The notes beneath the pieces were generated by a model. It was not told the origin of the DNA. It saw only the letters and a program-made list of their open reading frames with translations, and searched no databases. Shown here piece by piece: positions 54,907 to 63,532 of a stretch of 64,000 nucleotides of DNA (position 1 is the stretch's first letter; each line of letters starts with the position of its first letter). The position numbers and the translations under genes are program-made. The stretch spans positions 1 to 64,000 of the IMG/VR virus record IMGVR_UViG_2974528084_000001; one strand, written 5' to 3'. Origin of the DNA: a virus (Duplodnaviria > Caudoviricetes).

Positions 54907-56010
54907 TCAGAAGGGGGGTTCTTCGTCCTCGTCGATCTGCACGGTGCCTGCGGCAGGTGCGGTGTTCGACAGAGGCTTGACCTTGCCCTTGGTGGAGATG
55001 ACCTGCTCCTCGGCAGGCGGTGAGGGCGGGGTCGGCTCGGGCGTCGGCTCCGGCTGGACCCGAGTCTGCGCTTGCGGCGGTGCCGGTTGCGCGGGCTGCG
55101 GGGTAGGAGTCGGCGTCGACTCCTCCGGCACCACGTCAGCGTCGATGACGTTGCCCTCGATGTCGCCGTCCGGGACGGTGGCAGCAGCCTTCGCGGCAGC
55201 TGCTTCCTTGTCCTCGTCATCCCTCGGCATCGGGTACTGCAGCAGGAACCCCTGCGCCGACTTGAAGGAATCGAAGTAGTCCTGGTAGGACTCGGGGTTG
55301 GTCTTGGCGACCTTGGTGAAGATCGGCGTGCAGAACTTCACCATGCCACGCTTGTTCACGTCGAGCGTGAGCTTGGTTGCGACCGTGAAGATCGGGGTCT
55401 TCTTGGAGGCGAACGGCGTGACGTACTGACGAGCCGGCTTGATACCCGACCGGCGGATGGTGAACAGGGCGGGCACCCAGACCTCGGGGTCCTCCGGGTC
55501 CTGGTACAGGAGGGGGAAGGTCCACTCCTCGGAGCACCAGGGCTTCTTGCCCGACGGGTCGGTGTTCCACTCCTTGAAGTGGCAGTCCTTGCACCCGATG
55601 CTGGGCATCGTGAGCAGGTTCTGTTCCGGCCCGACGAACAGAGGCGATGCATCGTCCGGCCCGTAGACATCCTGAGCTTCCCAGGGGAACTGCTTGCTCG
55701 TGGGCAGCTCGGTGTCCATGTTCGGAAAGCCGTTGCGCATGTCGGGCGACTTGCAGAGCGGCGGGTCTTGGTCATCGCCGTCGCTCATCTCGCCCCACAT
55801 GATGCGAGACTTGTGGAGGCCGAGGAGGATCACGGTGAGCTCGTTGAAGAGCTCGTCGGTCTGACTGTTCTTGAATGCCGCCTCGGGATGGTCGATCGAG
55901 AGGCGGGGCATCGTCAGGTCGTTGGTATCGAAGTCCTCGAGGCCGGTCTCCATACCGTCCCAAGCCACGACATCGGTACCAGTCGTCTGACTGGGCTGCA
56001 AAGAAGTCAT
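54907..56010 (-). CDS. putative ssDNA-binding/recombination protein
   Basis: Cys cluster (C..CKDC..C), Pro-rich linker, acidic DEDEEPPF tail typical of SSBs. Confidence 0.55.
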   Translation of the reverse strand: MTSLQPSQTTGTDVVAWDGMETGLEDFDTNDLTMPRLSIDHPEAAFKNSQTDELFNELTVILLGLHKSRIMWGEMSDGDDQDPPLCKSPDMRNGFPNMDTELPTSKQFPWEAQDVYGPDDASPLFVGPEQNLLTMPSIGCKDCHFKEWNTDPSGKKPWCSEEWTFPLLYQDPEDPEVWVPALFTIRRSGIKPARQYVTPFASKKTPIFTVATKLTLDVNKRGMVKFCTPIFTKVAKTNPESYQDYFDSFKSAQGFLLQYPMPRDDEDKEAAAAKAAATVPDGDIEGNVIDADVVPEESTPTPTPQPAQPAPPQAQTRVQPEPTPEPTPPSPPAEEQVISTKGKVKPLSNTAPAAGTVQIDEDEEPPF

Positions 56011-56089
56011 GTAGGTAGACTCATTTCTTTGTTGTCTTGCAGGTTCATCGGTTCGCTGTTTTGCTATCGGTATCCCTACCGATCTCTAC

Positions 56090-56118
56090 ACATTACTACA
56101 TATGCGGATCGTTGTCAA
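56090..56118 (-). promoter_or_regulatory. strong sigma-A-like promoter
   Basis: TTGACA (56118-56113), 17 nt, TAATGT (56095-56090). Confidence 0.75.
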
Positions 56119-56438
56119 CCGAATCTTTGTGGACGTTTCTTTGCCATCAATCGCGCGTTGCGCTGCTCGCTAAACCTGATCCCCTTCGTCTTGAGCCAGA
56201 GCTTGAAGTCCGTTTCCGACACACGCCAGATAGGCTTCTCGTCCGGGGCCGATATGTTGACGACCCTGATCCTGCCCTTCATCGAGCCAGTCGATCGGCC
56301 GGCGAAGTACAGGACACGTTCCTCGAGGTACGACCGAGAACAGTCCAGCATCAGGGCCACCTGCTGCACTGTGTAGAAGAACTCCCGCGCAGGGAAGTGC
56401 ACCTCGGAGGTCATGATGTCCTCTTGGAACGAGCTCAT
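56115..56438 (-). CDS. helix-turn-helix DNA-binding protein (excisionase/MerR-like)
   Basis: FYTVQQVALMLDCS...WRVSETDFKLWL. Confidence 0.75.
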   Translation of the reverse strand: MSSFQEDIMTSEVHFPAREFFYTVQQVALMLDCSRSYLEERVLYFAGRSTGSMKGRIRVVNISAPDEKPIWRVSETDFKLWLKTKGIRFSEQRNARLMAKKRPQRFG

Positions 56439-56788
56439 CGGATAATCGCGGACTGGTCGGCAGTACGAATCGGAGTCCAGTTCCGTGAGCGCACCTCGTC
56501 CATGATCGAGCCACCCTTGGTGACACCAAACATGAGCGCATTGCAGTACGACTTGATCTGTTCCGCCACCCAGGGGTTGACGAGCAGGGCGTACGCGCCG
56601 TGCCCGGTCTCGCGAAGGCCCTTGTTGTGGATGCCGTGAAGCTCGACCATCATGTCGACGATTGACTGCGGCGCACCGAGTGCCACTGCGTGCGACTCGA
56701 AGCGCACGTACACGTACTTGCAGTCGAGGAACGTCTCGGTGCCAGACCAGACCACATTGTCGGGCGCCTGGGGAATGGTGAGTGTCAT
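56435..56788 (-). CDS. hypothetical protein
   Basis: RBS GGAGGT; ATGA overlap. Confidence 0.7.
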   Translation of the reverse strand: MTLTIPQAPDNVVWSGTETFLDCKYVYVRFESHAVALGAPQSIVDMMVELHGIHNKGLRETGHGAYALLVNPWVAEQIKSYCNALMFGVTKGGSIMDEVRSRNWTPIRTADQSAIIR

Positions 56789-56800
56789 ACTGATTACCTC

Positions 56801-57064
56801 CTAGTTGACGTACTTGGCTGCGTTTGAAGGGGTAGACGTGAAGGCGAGGGACTTATCGCGTGGTGTTGCGCCGATCAGCCACTGGAAAGACTCGGGCGTG
56901 TCGGGTAGCAGCGCATCCACCGACTCGACGGCCTGCTTGGGACTGTCGAACGAACCGACTGACTCGGCCTGTCCGTTGCCCTTTGCGTCGGTGATCCGCC
57001 AGTACCAGCGGTGAGCGGCGGGTCGGCTGTGAGTGCCACCCCGCTCGATCCGCACCCGCCTCAT
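56801..57064 (-). CDS. YegP/DUF1508-like protein
   Basis: WYWRITDAKGNGQAESVGSFDSPKQA. Confidence 0.55.
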   Translation of the reverse strand: MRRVRIERGGTHSRPAAHRWYWRITDAKGNGQAESVGSFDSPKQAVESVDALLPDTPESFQWLIGATPRDKSLAFTSTPSNAAKYVN

Positions 57065-57195
57065 CGACCCGTCCGCTTCCGCTTGGCCCGAGCCTTGCGC
57101 TTCTTTTTGAAGAACCGTTCGGCCCGCTGCTCGGTCTTGCGGTCCTCCTTTTCGATCTTCTTGATGTACTCGTCGTAATCGCCATCAAAGCTCAT
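57061..57195 (-). CDS. small basic protein (44 aa)
   Basis: ATGA overlaps at both ends. Confidence 0.6.
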   Translation of the reverse strand: MSFDGDYDEYIKKIEKEDRKTEQRAERFFKKKRKARAKRKRTGR

Positions 57196-57818
57196 CGGGA
57201 CTTCGCCTTTCGTCGGAGGGCTTCGAGCCCGTCGCGCATACCCTCGACGGTGTAGTGCTGGAAGTACAAGGGCTTGCGGTGAATCTTGGCGTAGCCGATG
57301 GTCTCCCAGCGATTGAACACTGCGCCGATAGCTCCGGTGCTCGGCGGGTTGTCCGGGTTGATCAGCAGTGCGATCGCTTGCGGCGTCATGAGCTCGTCGA
57401 ACTCGCCCATCATGGCTCGATGACACACGGCCTGCACTTCGGATTCCAGCTGTCCACGTTGGCGCTGCCCGGTCGGCGTGCCGGTGTAGACGGGTGCTAA
57501 TTCCAATAGGCCAGGAGCCGATTCGCTCGGACGTTCGCGGGGCACGCGGGTCGGTGCACCCCCCACCAATGAAGCACCCTCGAGTTCGACTGTTGGCCTC
57601 AGGTACTCCGACATGTCCGGGTACTGATACGGCACGTAGTTGGGGTTCTCGTGGAGCCTTCGCTCCGCGTTCGCCATCTTGTACATGCGATCGAACTTGG
57701 CATGGCACTCGCACTTGCACAGCTCATGTGCGGTGCACACCTTCATCGGCTTGCCGGACGGGCTGACCGGCGCAGTGCCTTCGCAGTGGCCGATGCCACA
57801 GAAGCCTGTCTTGTACAT
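57192..57818 (-). CDS. Cys/His-rich N-terminus + winged-helix-like C-terminus protein
   Basis: CGIGHC...CTAHELCKCECH; RBS AAAGGAGG. Confidence 0.7.
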   Translation of the reverse strand: MYKTGFCGIGHCEGTAPVSPSGKPMKVCTAHELCKCECHAKFDRMYKMANAERRLHENPNYVPYQYPDMSEYLRPTVELEGASLVGGAPTRVPRERPSESAPGLLELAPVYTGTPTGQRQRGQLESEVQAVCHRAMMGEFDELMTPQAIALLINPDNPPSTGAIGAVFNRWETIGYAKIHRKPLYFQHYTVEGMRDGLEALRRKAKSR

Positions 57819-57830
57819 CAAGCCTCCTTT

Positions 57831-58388
57831 CTAATCGTCATCCTCTGGGGAGTCGGCGAACCCGGTGTCTTCATCCAGGTCCTGACTGACGGTGGTCTGG
57901 TACACGACAGGTGCGTGCGACTTGGACACTACCTCGGGGTGCGGACCCTCCCATCGCTCGTCAAGGTAAGCATACTCGGCAGACCATCGCTCACCTTCCC
58001 GCTTCCATAGCACAGCCGGGTCACGGAAGGATCGCGAGTAGTCAGCTTCACCACTCTCGAGCGCTTGCATTGCGTGCTGATCTCGGATCGCGCAGGTGCG
58101 GTACGCGTGTGCGAAGGCGAGATCGAACACACCCTTCAGTGCGGTGAGCTCATCGACACGCAGTCCGGTCAGCTCTAGCGTTGTCTTGCCGAACTGATTG
58201 CCGACCTCGATCTTCACATCGGGGCCGGGCTCCACTCCACCAGGCTCAGGGAAGAGCTTCATCACCGCCTGGGTGGTGAACACCTTCGTCCAAGCCCGCC
58301 GAGTCTGGCCGAACACACCAGGCGCGTGACCCTTACGCTTGATCGAGTCGGCTTTCTTTTTCCCTGGCCCTCGCTGCAGCGGCGGCAT
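57831..58388 (-). CDS. hypothetical protein
   Basis: ATG 58388 within track ORF. Confidence 0.65.
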   Translation of the reverse strand: MPPLQRGPGKKKADSIKRKGHAPGVFGQTRRAWTKVFTTQAVMKLFPEPGGVEPGPDVKIEVGNQFGKTTLELTGLRVDELTALKGVFDLAFAHAYRTCAIRDQHAMQALESGEADYSRSFRDPAVLWKREGERWSAEYAYLDERWEGPHPEVVSKSHAPVVYQTTVSQDLDEDTGFADSPEDDD

Positions 58389-58596
58389 TGCGCATCCTTT
58401 CTGCGCGCGAGACATCGCGCGGGTAGTTGTAGTCAGGGTCTTTGCCGAGGCAAGAGTCGCACAGCCAGTCGACCACCCTTGATCTGAACACGGTCGTGGC
58501 ATTGCCGATGCCTGCGAATAGAACCTTCTTACTCGAGAGCTGATCTCTCGGAAGGTCCTTGCCGCACCGAGTGCAGGCATACATTGGTTCGGGCAT
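58333..58596 (-). CDS. Zn-ribbon protein
   Basis: CTRC...CDSC. Confidence 0.65.
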   Translation of the reverse strand: MPEPMYACTRCGKDLPRDQLSSKKVLFAGIGNATTVFRSRVVDWLCDSCLGKDPDYNYPRDVSRAERMRNAAAAARAREKESRLDQA

Positions 58597-58607
58597 GATC
58601 TCTCTTT

Positions 58608-59480
58608 CTACCAGGGTTGGGGTACTGAACTAGGGAACTTCGGGGGCTCCATCTCCAGGCACACCCGACATACTCCCATCGTCGACAGCAAGGCGCGGTC
58701 GCTACTGGCTGCATCGAGCGCAGAGTAACTGACGTTACACTTGCTGCAATCGTACTCGAAGCCGATGCCCAGGTCGATCACTCCGTCCAGGGCCGCAATG
58801 TAGCCTCTGATCAGGAGGTCGGAGGTTACCCAGAAGTCCAGGGGAAACTCGCCGATATTGAGCGTGATCGTATCAACCACCTGGATCGGAGCCGACGGGG
58901 GCTGTGGGTCTTCGAAGGTCGGGCGACACAGTGCAATGATCTTGCACGTCTTGCTATCCCAGTTGATCTTGGCGCGGAAGCGCGCATACCCTGTTGCGTT
59001 GTTGCCGTAGATGTCGCGACCAGATGCGACAGGCCAATCGAAGAAGCACTCACTGGCGATCATCCCCTTGATTGCCAGGTTAGATAGCGGCGCCCACTCG
59101 CCACCGTTCTGGAGGAGGTCGCAGGAGAATATGGGCACACCCGCTGCGTGCCCAAACGCTCGGGGGTACATATCTGCAATGAACTTCTTGTTCACCCCGG
59201 TGTGCATCACTCTACCCAGACTCATGATGCACTGGGGTCTGCTGTTGGTGGTGGTCAGTGTTATGGAACCATCACCAACGGAAGTTTCTTTTCGGTGACG
59301 CTCGACAGGTCCGCTGCCAAGCTCTTCCTTCACAGAGATCGTTGCGCCAGTATCGGGCGCATGTTTCTTCATGAAGCCCACAAGCGTGGAGATAACCCCG
59401 GACGCCTCGTGGTGCTCGCGCACATCGTAGAGCGGCTCCTCAAGACGGGCTATCGCTTTCTTCAGTCCATCTATCGACAT
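58608..59480 (-). CDS. hypothetical protein with C-terminal CxxC...CxxC
   Basis: ATG 59480 after AAGGAGGT; frame also open up to 59855. Confidence 0.6.
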   Translation of the reverse strand: MSIDGLKKAIARLEEPLYDVREHHEASGVISTLVGFMKKHAPDTGATISVKEELGSGPVERHRKETSVGDGSITLTTTNSRPQCIMSLGRVMHTGVNKKFIADMYPRAFGHAAGVPIFSCDLLQNGGEWAPLSNLAIKGMIASECFFDWPVASGRDIYGNNATGYARFRAKINWDSKTCKIIALCRPTFEDPQPPSAPIQVVDTITLNIGEFPLDFWVTSDLLIRGYIAALDGVIDLGIGFEYDCSKCNVSYSALDAASSDRALLSTMGVCRVCLEMEPPKFPSSVPQPW

Positions 59481-59904
59481 GTTCGTCACCTCCTTCGATG
59501 TGTGCTGCGACAAGTCCCCCTGATAGGGGAGGGGAGAGACAGTCACTGAACCGTCTCTGCTCACCGCTGTCAAGTAGCCCTGATAAGTTAAGATTTTGTA
59601 TTGCTCGTAGCTCCGCAATGGGTCTACCCCCGCGACGACGGGAGCGCCTTGATGTAGTCCTGCTATTATCGGACCAGAGGTTGGATCCCACTTCCTCAAC
59701 TGCTGGTTCCGGTTGGACTTGTCCGCCTTCTTCTTGCGGGGCTTCTTCTTTTGTTTCTCCCCCTCTAGCAGGCGCTCTCTTTCCTGCTGCCTTTGTTGCG
59801 CGCTTTCTTGGAGCTGCTTTCTTCGCCTTCGGTTTGGCGACCCCATCGCATTCACAGGGCGCCGCCTCGCAGAACATGCATAGCTCCGGACCTTTCTTCG
59901 GCAT
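59440..59904 (-). CDS. hypothetical protein, N-terminal CxxC...CxC and basic linker
   Basis: TGATG overlap at 59904. Confidence 0.5.
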   Translation of the reverse strand: MPKKGPELCMFCEAAPCECDGVAKPKAKKAAPRKRATKAAGKRAPARGGETKEEAPQEEGGQVQPEPAVEEVGSNLWSDNSRTTSRRSRRRGGRPIAELRAIQNLNLSGLLDSGEQRRFSDCLSPPLSGGLVAAHIEGGDEHVDRWTEESDSPS

Positions 59905-60074
59905 CACTCTACCGGCTTGATGAGTGCTACGTTCTTGCCGTCGATCCGCTTGAAGTCTCCGGTGGGCTCGAATACCTCGTTGTTCTCTGCGTCCACCAGA
60001 TACACCGGCTCGGTTCCCGAGCGATGCTTGCAGGCGAGCTTGACCAGCTCCTCCTTGAAGTCGAACAGTCTCAT
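59904..60074 (-). CDS. hypothetical protein (56 aa)
   Basis: ATGA overlap at 60074, stop at 59904. Confidence 0.6.
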   Translation of the reverse strand: MRLFDFKEELVKLACKHRSGTEPVYLVDAENNEVFEPTGDFKRIDGKNVALIKPVE

Positions 60075-60334
60075 GCTGGCCCTCCCATCTGCATCGTGTG
60101 GTACCCGGCTGCATACCCAGCCAGGCCTACAGCCTCCGCGTGCGTGCCTCCGATCAGTGTCGATCGGTACTGCTCCTGCGTGTCGAACGGGGACGACAGT
60201 CGCAGCGAGATCACCATGCTGGCAATCACATGCGAGTCGTCGGCAGCCTCTGCTGCCATGAGGTATGCGTGCACCGCTTCTTGCACCTTGCGCTCGTGCT
60301 CTTCCAGGTTACTCAAGTGTATGGCCTCCTTCAA
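60071..60334 (-). CDS. hypothetical protein
   Basis: First gene after promoter 60347-60376. Confidence 0.65.
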   Translation of the reverse strand: MKEAIHLSNLEEHERKVQEAVHAYLMAAEAADDSHVIASMVISLRLSSPFDTQEQYRSTLIGGTHAEAVGLAGYAAGYHTMQMGGPA

Positions 60335-60346
60335 GTCGGTAAGTGA

Positions 60347-60376
60347 ATGGTACCATACGCGGTACTAGTTTGTCAA
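60347..60376 (-). promoter_or_regulatory. sigma-A-like promoter
   Basis: TTGACA (60376-60371), 18 nt, TGG-TACCAT (60352-60347). Confidence 0.7.
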
Positions 60377-60380
60377 ATCG

Positions 60381-61109
60381 TCAGAGCTTGCTGACCTCGT
60401 GGTCGTACTGCTCCTGGCTGATCTTCAGCATCCCGATGATCGCACCAGCGGGAATACCCTTCGCGTGCATGTTGGTCAGGTGCGTGCGCTCGTCGTCGGT
60501 CAGCGCCTTGAACTTGCCCGTCTTGGGGTCCGACGCAGGCGAGCTGGCCTTGGGCTGCGGTCGCGCCGACTTGATCTCCCTGGATGGAGGGGGCATCGGG
60601 TTGTACCCCTGACACCCCGGCGTATCCATGAAGTCCATCTCGCCGGTGTTCATGCGGTACCGCTTGAGCGACCACTTGCTTACTTCGCCGACGTTCGCGA
60701 AGTGTGGGAAGCTCATCATCTGAATTGCGATGGCAAGTCCCATTGCCTGGCCCTGGAGTTTGAAGTAACCCTCGAGTTCCTCGGCAGTCATCTCGTCGTT
60801 CTTGAACCGGGGTCGCTGCTCCATGATGCCCTTGGTCACACGGTCCAGCTCATCCCACATCTTCTCCAAGATGCTTGGTCCTCTTGCCACCAGCTTTCCC
60901 TCCTCGCCTATTGTGTACACCGGACCGAGGTACGGGCACTGGTCATTGTCGTGATGGCGCTTCTTCTCTGCGCGAGCGCCTTCCTTGCTGCGGTGGTAGG
61001 TCATCCACCGGCAACCGGGAGCACCACACTCGAAGGTGTAATCGAGGTGGTGCTCATGGTCCGGTTGGTTCAGGGTTGGATAAACCTCCGGCCAGGTGGG
61101 GTACGTCAC
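60381..61109 (-). CDS. hypothetical protein with C2H2-like motif and C-terminal HTH-like segment
   Basis: FECGAPGC...HH; RBS AAAGGAGG. Confidence 0.7.
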   Translation of the reverse strand: MTYPTWPEVYPTLNQPDHEHHLDYTFECGAPGCRWMTYHRSKEGARAEKKRHHDNDQCPYLGPVYTIGEEGKLVARGPSILEKMWDELDRVTKGIMEQRPRFKNDEMTAEELEGYFKLQGQAMGLAIAIQMMSFPHFANVGEVSKWSLKRYRMNTGEMDFMDTPGCQGYNPMPPPSREIKSARPQPKASSPASDPKTGKFKALTDDERTHLTNMHAKGIPAGAIIGMLKISQEQYDHEVSKL

Positions 61110-61118
61110 CGTCCTCCT

Positions 61119-61262
61119 TTACCAGAGCTCGTTGATGATCTCTTCCTCGTCTGGCGTGAGCGGGACGCTCAGGTCACCCCAGTACTCGGAGTGCCTGAGC
61201 ATCTCGCCGTCGAACTCCCACTCCTCTTCGGTAAGAGGATAGTAGTAGTCAGGCCCCAGCAT
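61119..61262 (-). CDS. acidic hypothetical protein (47 aa)
   Basis: TAATG overlap at 61262. Confidence 0.55.
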   Translation of the reverse strand: MLGPDYYYPLTEEEWEFDGEMLRHSEYWGDLSVPLTPDEEEIINELW

Positions 61263-61684
61263 TAGATGCAGTAGGTGAACTCGCCGCCACTGCCGCCGAT
61301 GTCGCTGGACTCGCTGACCATCCGCCCGTTCTGGTAGATCGCGCAGTAGATCTTGCCCGGCTTGAACGACTCGATGCTCGCCGAGAGCCCACCGAACCCG
61401 CCGTCAGCGGCGACGGTGTAGTCCCAGGTCGCACACTTCCAGCCGGGGATCGAGGTGCTGCCGATGATGTCGACGTGATCGGTCTCGTCGTTGCCGTACT
61501 GGTTCGTGCGCTCGAGGACCACCGGGTTGGTGCGTGCCTCGGTGCAGGTGACGATGCGGATGCTGTCCCACTCGTCGACGATGACTGCCTCGGCGGGCGC
61601 GCTGACGAGGGATGCCCCGGCCAGGACGCCCACGAGAGCACCGGCGGTGACGAGATGGGTCTTCATGTTCTTCAGGATGCTCAT
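61262..61684 (-). CDS. secreted protein, MmpS-like C-terminus
   Basis: Sec signal peptide ending AEA; YCAIYQNGRMV...YC. Confidence 0.6.
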   Translation of the reverse strand: MSILKNMKTHLVTAGALVGVLAGASLVSAPAEAVIVDEWDSIRIVTCTEARTNPVVLERTNQYGNDETDHVDIIGSTSIPGWKCATWDYTVAADGGFGGLSASIESFKPGKIYCAIYQNGRMVSESSDIGGSGGEFTYCI

Positions 61685-61730
61685 TGTGTACCTTCTTTCA
61701 GTTGGTGTGGATCAGTACCGGGGCGAGGTG

Positions 61731-62036
61731 TCAGTCCTCGGCCGGCTCGTCGGTCTCGGGCTCGTCGAAGTAGGTCGGGGCTTCGTAGGTGTACTCAGGT
61801 CCGTCGAAGGGCAGGTCGCCCATGTTGATCGGCTCGCTGTTCGCGTCTCCACCGATGGGCTGGCCACTGGTGGAGACGATCGGCGGCGGGCAGGGTGCGT
61901 TGCCGGTGGGAGTGACGATGGTGCAGCCGACGTTGACCTGGGCCGGAGCCGGGGTCGGGCTGGCGATTGCTGCTGCGGGTGCGCCGAGTGCGAGGGCGAA
62001 TGCCGATGCGAGTGCTGCCTTCTGGAAGACGTTCAT
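61731..62036 (-). CDS. secreted Pro-rich protein
   Basis: Signal peptide ending AIA; one Cys pair; acidic tail. Confidence 0.65.
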   Translation of the reverse strand: MNVFQKAALASAFALALGAPAAAIASPTPAPAQVNVGCTIVTPTGNAPCPPPIVSTSGQPIGGDANSEPINMGDLPFDGPEYTYEAPTYFDEPETDEPAED

Positions 62037-62089
62037 GTGGTACTCCTTTGTTCGGTGGATGAGATAGAACTGGTACTACTAGGTGGCGG

Positions 62090-62130
62090 AACTAAGCCCG
62101 AGCCGTGATCCATACGGCTCGGGCTTAGTT
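62090..62130 (-). terminator. 17-bp perfect hairpin
   Basis: AACTAAGCCCGAGCCGT-7 nt-ACGGCTCGGGCTTAGTT. Confidence 0.75.
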
Positions 62131-62143
62131 CACCCTGACACAG

Positions 62144-62179
62144 ACTCGCGAGTGTACCAATTGGGAGTGACTCGCAAGT
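62144..62179 (-). promoter_or_regulatory. pair of palindromic operator-like boxes flanking an extended -10
   Basis: ACTCGCGAGT 62144-62153 and ACTCGCAAGT 62170-62179; TGG-TACACT on the minus strand. Confidence 0.4.
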
Positions 62180-62186
62180 ACTGCGG

Positions 62187-62615
62187 TCAGCCTTGGGCTG
62201 ACTCTTCCTTGGCCTTGGCCTCGTCCTTGTTGGCGGGCGGGTCCGCATGGAAGTGAGACAGCGGAGTGTGGTCGATGCTGTCGTGGAAGCCGAGTGCCTG
62301 CTCCGGGGCCATCGCATTGATGTCTGCGAGAGCGTAGCCGTGGCGGTCCACGAGGTGACGCTTGACCGAGTCGAGGTTGACGAGGTTGAGGCGGCGCGCC
62401 TTCATGTCCACCTCCGCCTCGGGTGCGATGCGGATGTCTGCGATCTGCTCGGCAGGCACGAGGGTTAGGGACGAGCGCCCCTTCTCCTTGAATGCGATTG
62501 CCTGCGGCGAGGCCGAGGCGACGGTGCCGATGACCGCTTCCTCTGCGCCGACGGTGAGAAGTTCGACACGCTTGTCTGCGTAGTCGGCGAGCGCGAGCTC
62601 GGTTGCTGCGGTCAT
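62187..62615 (-). CDS. hypothetical protein
   Basis: RBS AGGAGGA; strongly biased codons. Confidence 0.75.
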   Translation of the reverse strand: MTAATELALADYADKRVELLTVGAEEAVIGTVASASPQAIAFKEKGRSSLTLVPAEQIADIRIAPEAEVDMKARRLNLVNLDSVKRHLVDRHGYALADINAMAPEQALGFHDSIDHTPLSHFHADPPANKDEAKAKEESAQG

Positions 62616-62671
62616 TGTGTCCTCCTATGGTGCGTTTCCGGTGGTCAGGGCGGTGTGCGCCGTACCCGTTC

Positions 62672-62701
62672 ATAGTACCACGGGCACGGCGCCACCCGCA
62701 A
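62672..62701 (-). promoter_or_regulatory. sigma-A-like promoter
   Basis: TTGCGG (62701-62696), 18 nt, TGG-TACTAT (62677-62672). Confidence 0.65.
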
Positions 62702-62729
62702 CCCCCGAAAACCCCTCAACTTTCGGGGG
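62702..62729 (-). terminator. 9-bp hairpin abutting the promoter
   Basis: CCCCCGAAA-10 nt-TTTCGGGGG. Confidence 0.55.
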
Positions 62730-62736
62730 GACGAAC

Positions 62737-63300
62737 TCACACGCCGCGCAGGACCTCGAGAGTCTTGAGACCTTCGAGCCCCATGAACTTCACGAGCTCG
62801 GCCCACGGCATGGGCGCGGTCGTACGTCTGCCCGACGAGACGTACCACATCTGCCGGAACTTGTAGATGTTCAGGTACGGACTGTCTGGGTTCTGGGTCA
62901 CGTACTCCTCGGCGATCCCGACGGCGACGAAATCGTAGAGCTTCCCGGACTTGTCATTGGAGTAACGCTTGCTGAACGCAACGACCGGGGTCTGGCCGGA
63001 GGTGTTGGGCTTCGGCTCGCGGCTGAGCATCTCCCGCGTCAGCGCTTCCTGCGCCATCTCGGCGTTGCGCTGGTGCTCCTCGACCCGCGCCTCGGCGTAA
63101 CGAAGGGAGTCGAGCGACGACGCCAGCAGGTTGGCGAGCTGTCCGATGCTCATGCCGTCGCCGGTGGTATTCATGCCCACCTCGGCGGTAGCCATCTGCT
63201 CCTTCTCCTCCTTGAAGGTGTGCTTCGCCTTGCACTTGGCACGCTCGTGCGAGGTTGCGGGGTGCTTGCAGTCCTTGTGACTCATTCGTTTGGTTGCCAT
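62737..63300 (-). CDS. hypothetical protein
   Basis: N-terminal HKDCKHPATSHERAKC, coiled coil, globular C-terminus. Confidence 0.7.
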   Translation of the reverse strand: MATKRMSHKDCKHPATSHERAKCKAKHTFKEEKEQMATAEVGMNTTGDGMSIGQLANLLASSLDSLRYAEARVEEHQRNAEMAQEALTREMLSREPKPNTSGQTPVVAFSKRYSNDKSGKLYDFVAVGIAEEYVTQNPDSPYLNIYKFRQMWYVSSGRRTTAPMPWAELVKFMGLEGLKTLEVLRGV

Positions 63301-63306
63301 GTGTGG

Positions 63307-63528
63307 TTACCTCCTTGGTCGTTCGGCCTGGAGTCTGATCTTCAGACCCAGGTATTCACTCGACGGGAGCTCTTCATACTTCCCCGTCTCGTCGTTCTTC
63401 TTCTCGATGATCGTGAAGATGTAGCGGTCATCTATCTCAATCATCGCACGCACAGCATCTTCAAGCTCCGGCCAGGTGTTCGGGGTCACGAGCTTGTAGG
63501 GAGTGTGCGTGATGGCGCAGCGGTACAT
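63307..63528 (-). CDS. hypothetical protein
   Basis: ORF in the operon. Confidence 0.6.
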   Translation of the reverse strand: MYRCAITHTPYKLVTPNTWPELEDAVRAMIEIDDRYIFTIIEKKNDETGKYEELPSSEYLGLKIRLQAERPRR

Positions 63529-63532
63529 CAGT

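Noticed and set aside
51584-56438. Excisionase-like HTH genes as a sign of a temperate lifestyle
   Set aside because: No integrase, parAB or attP-like context in the window; cannot be excluded for sequence outside it
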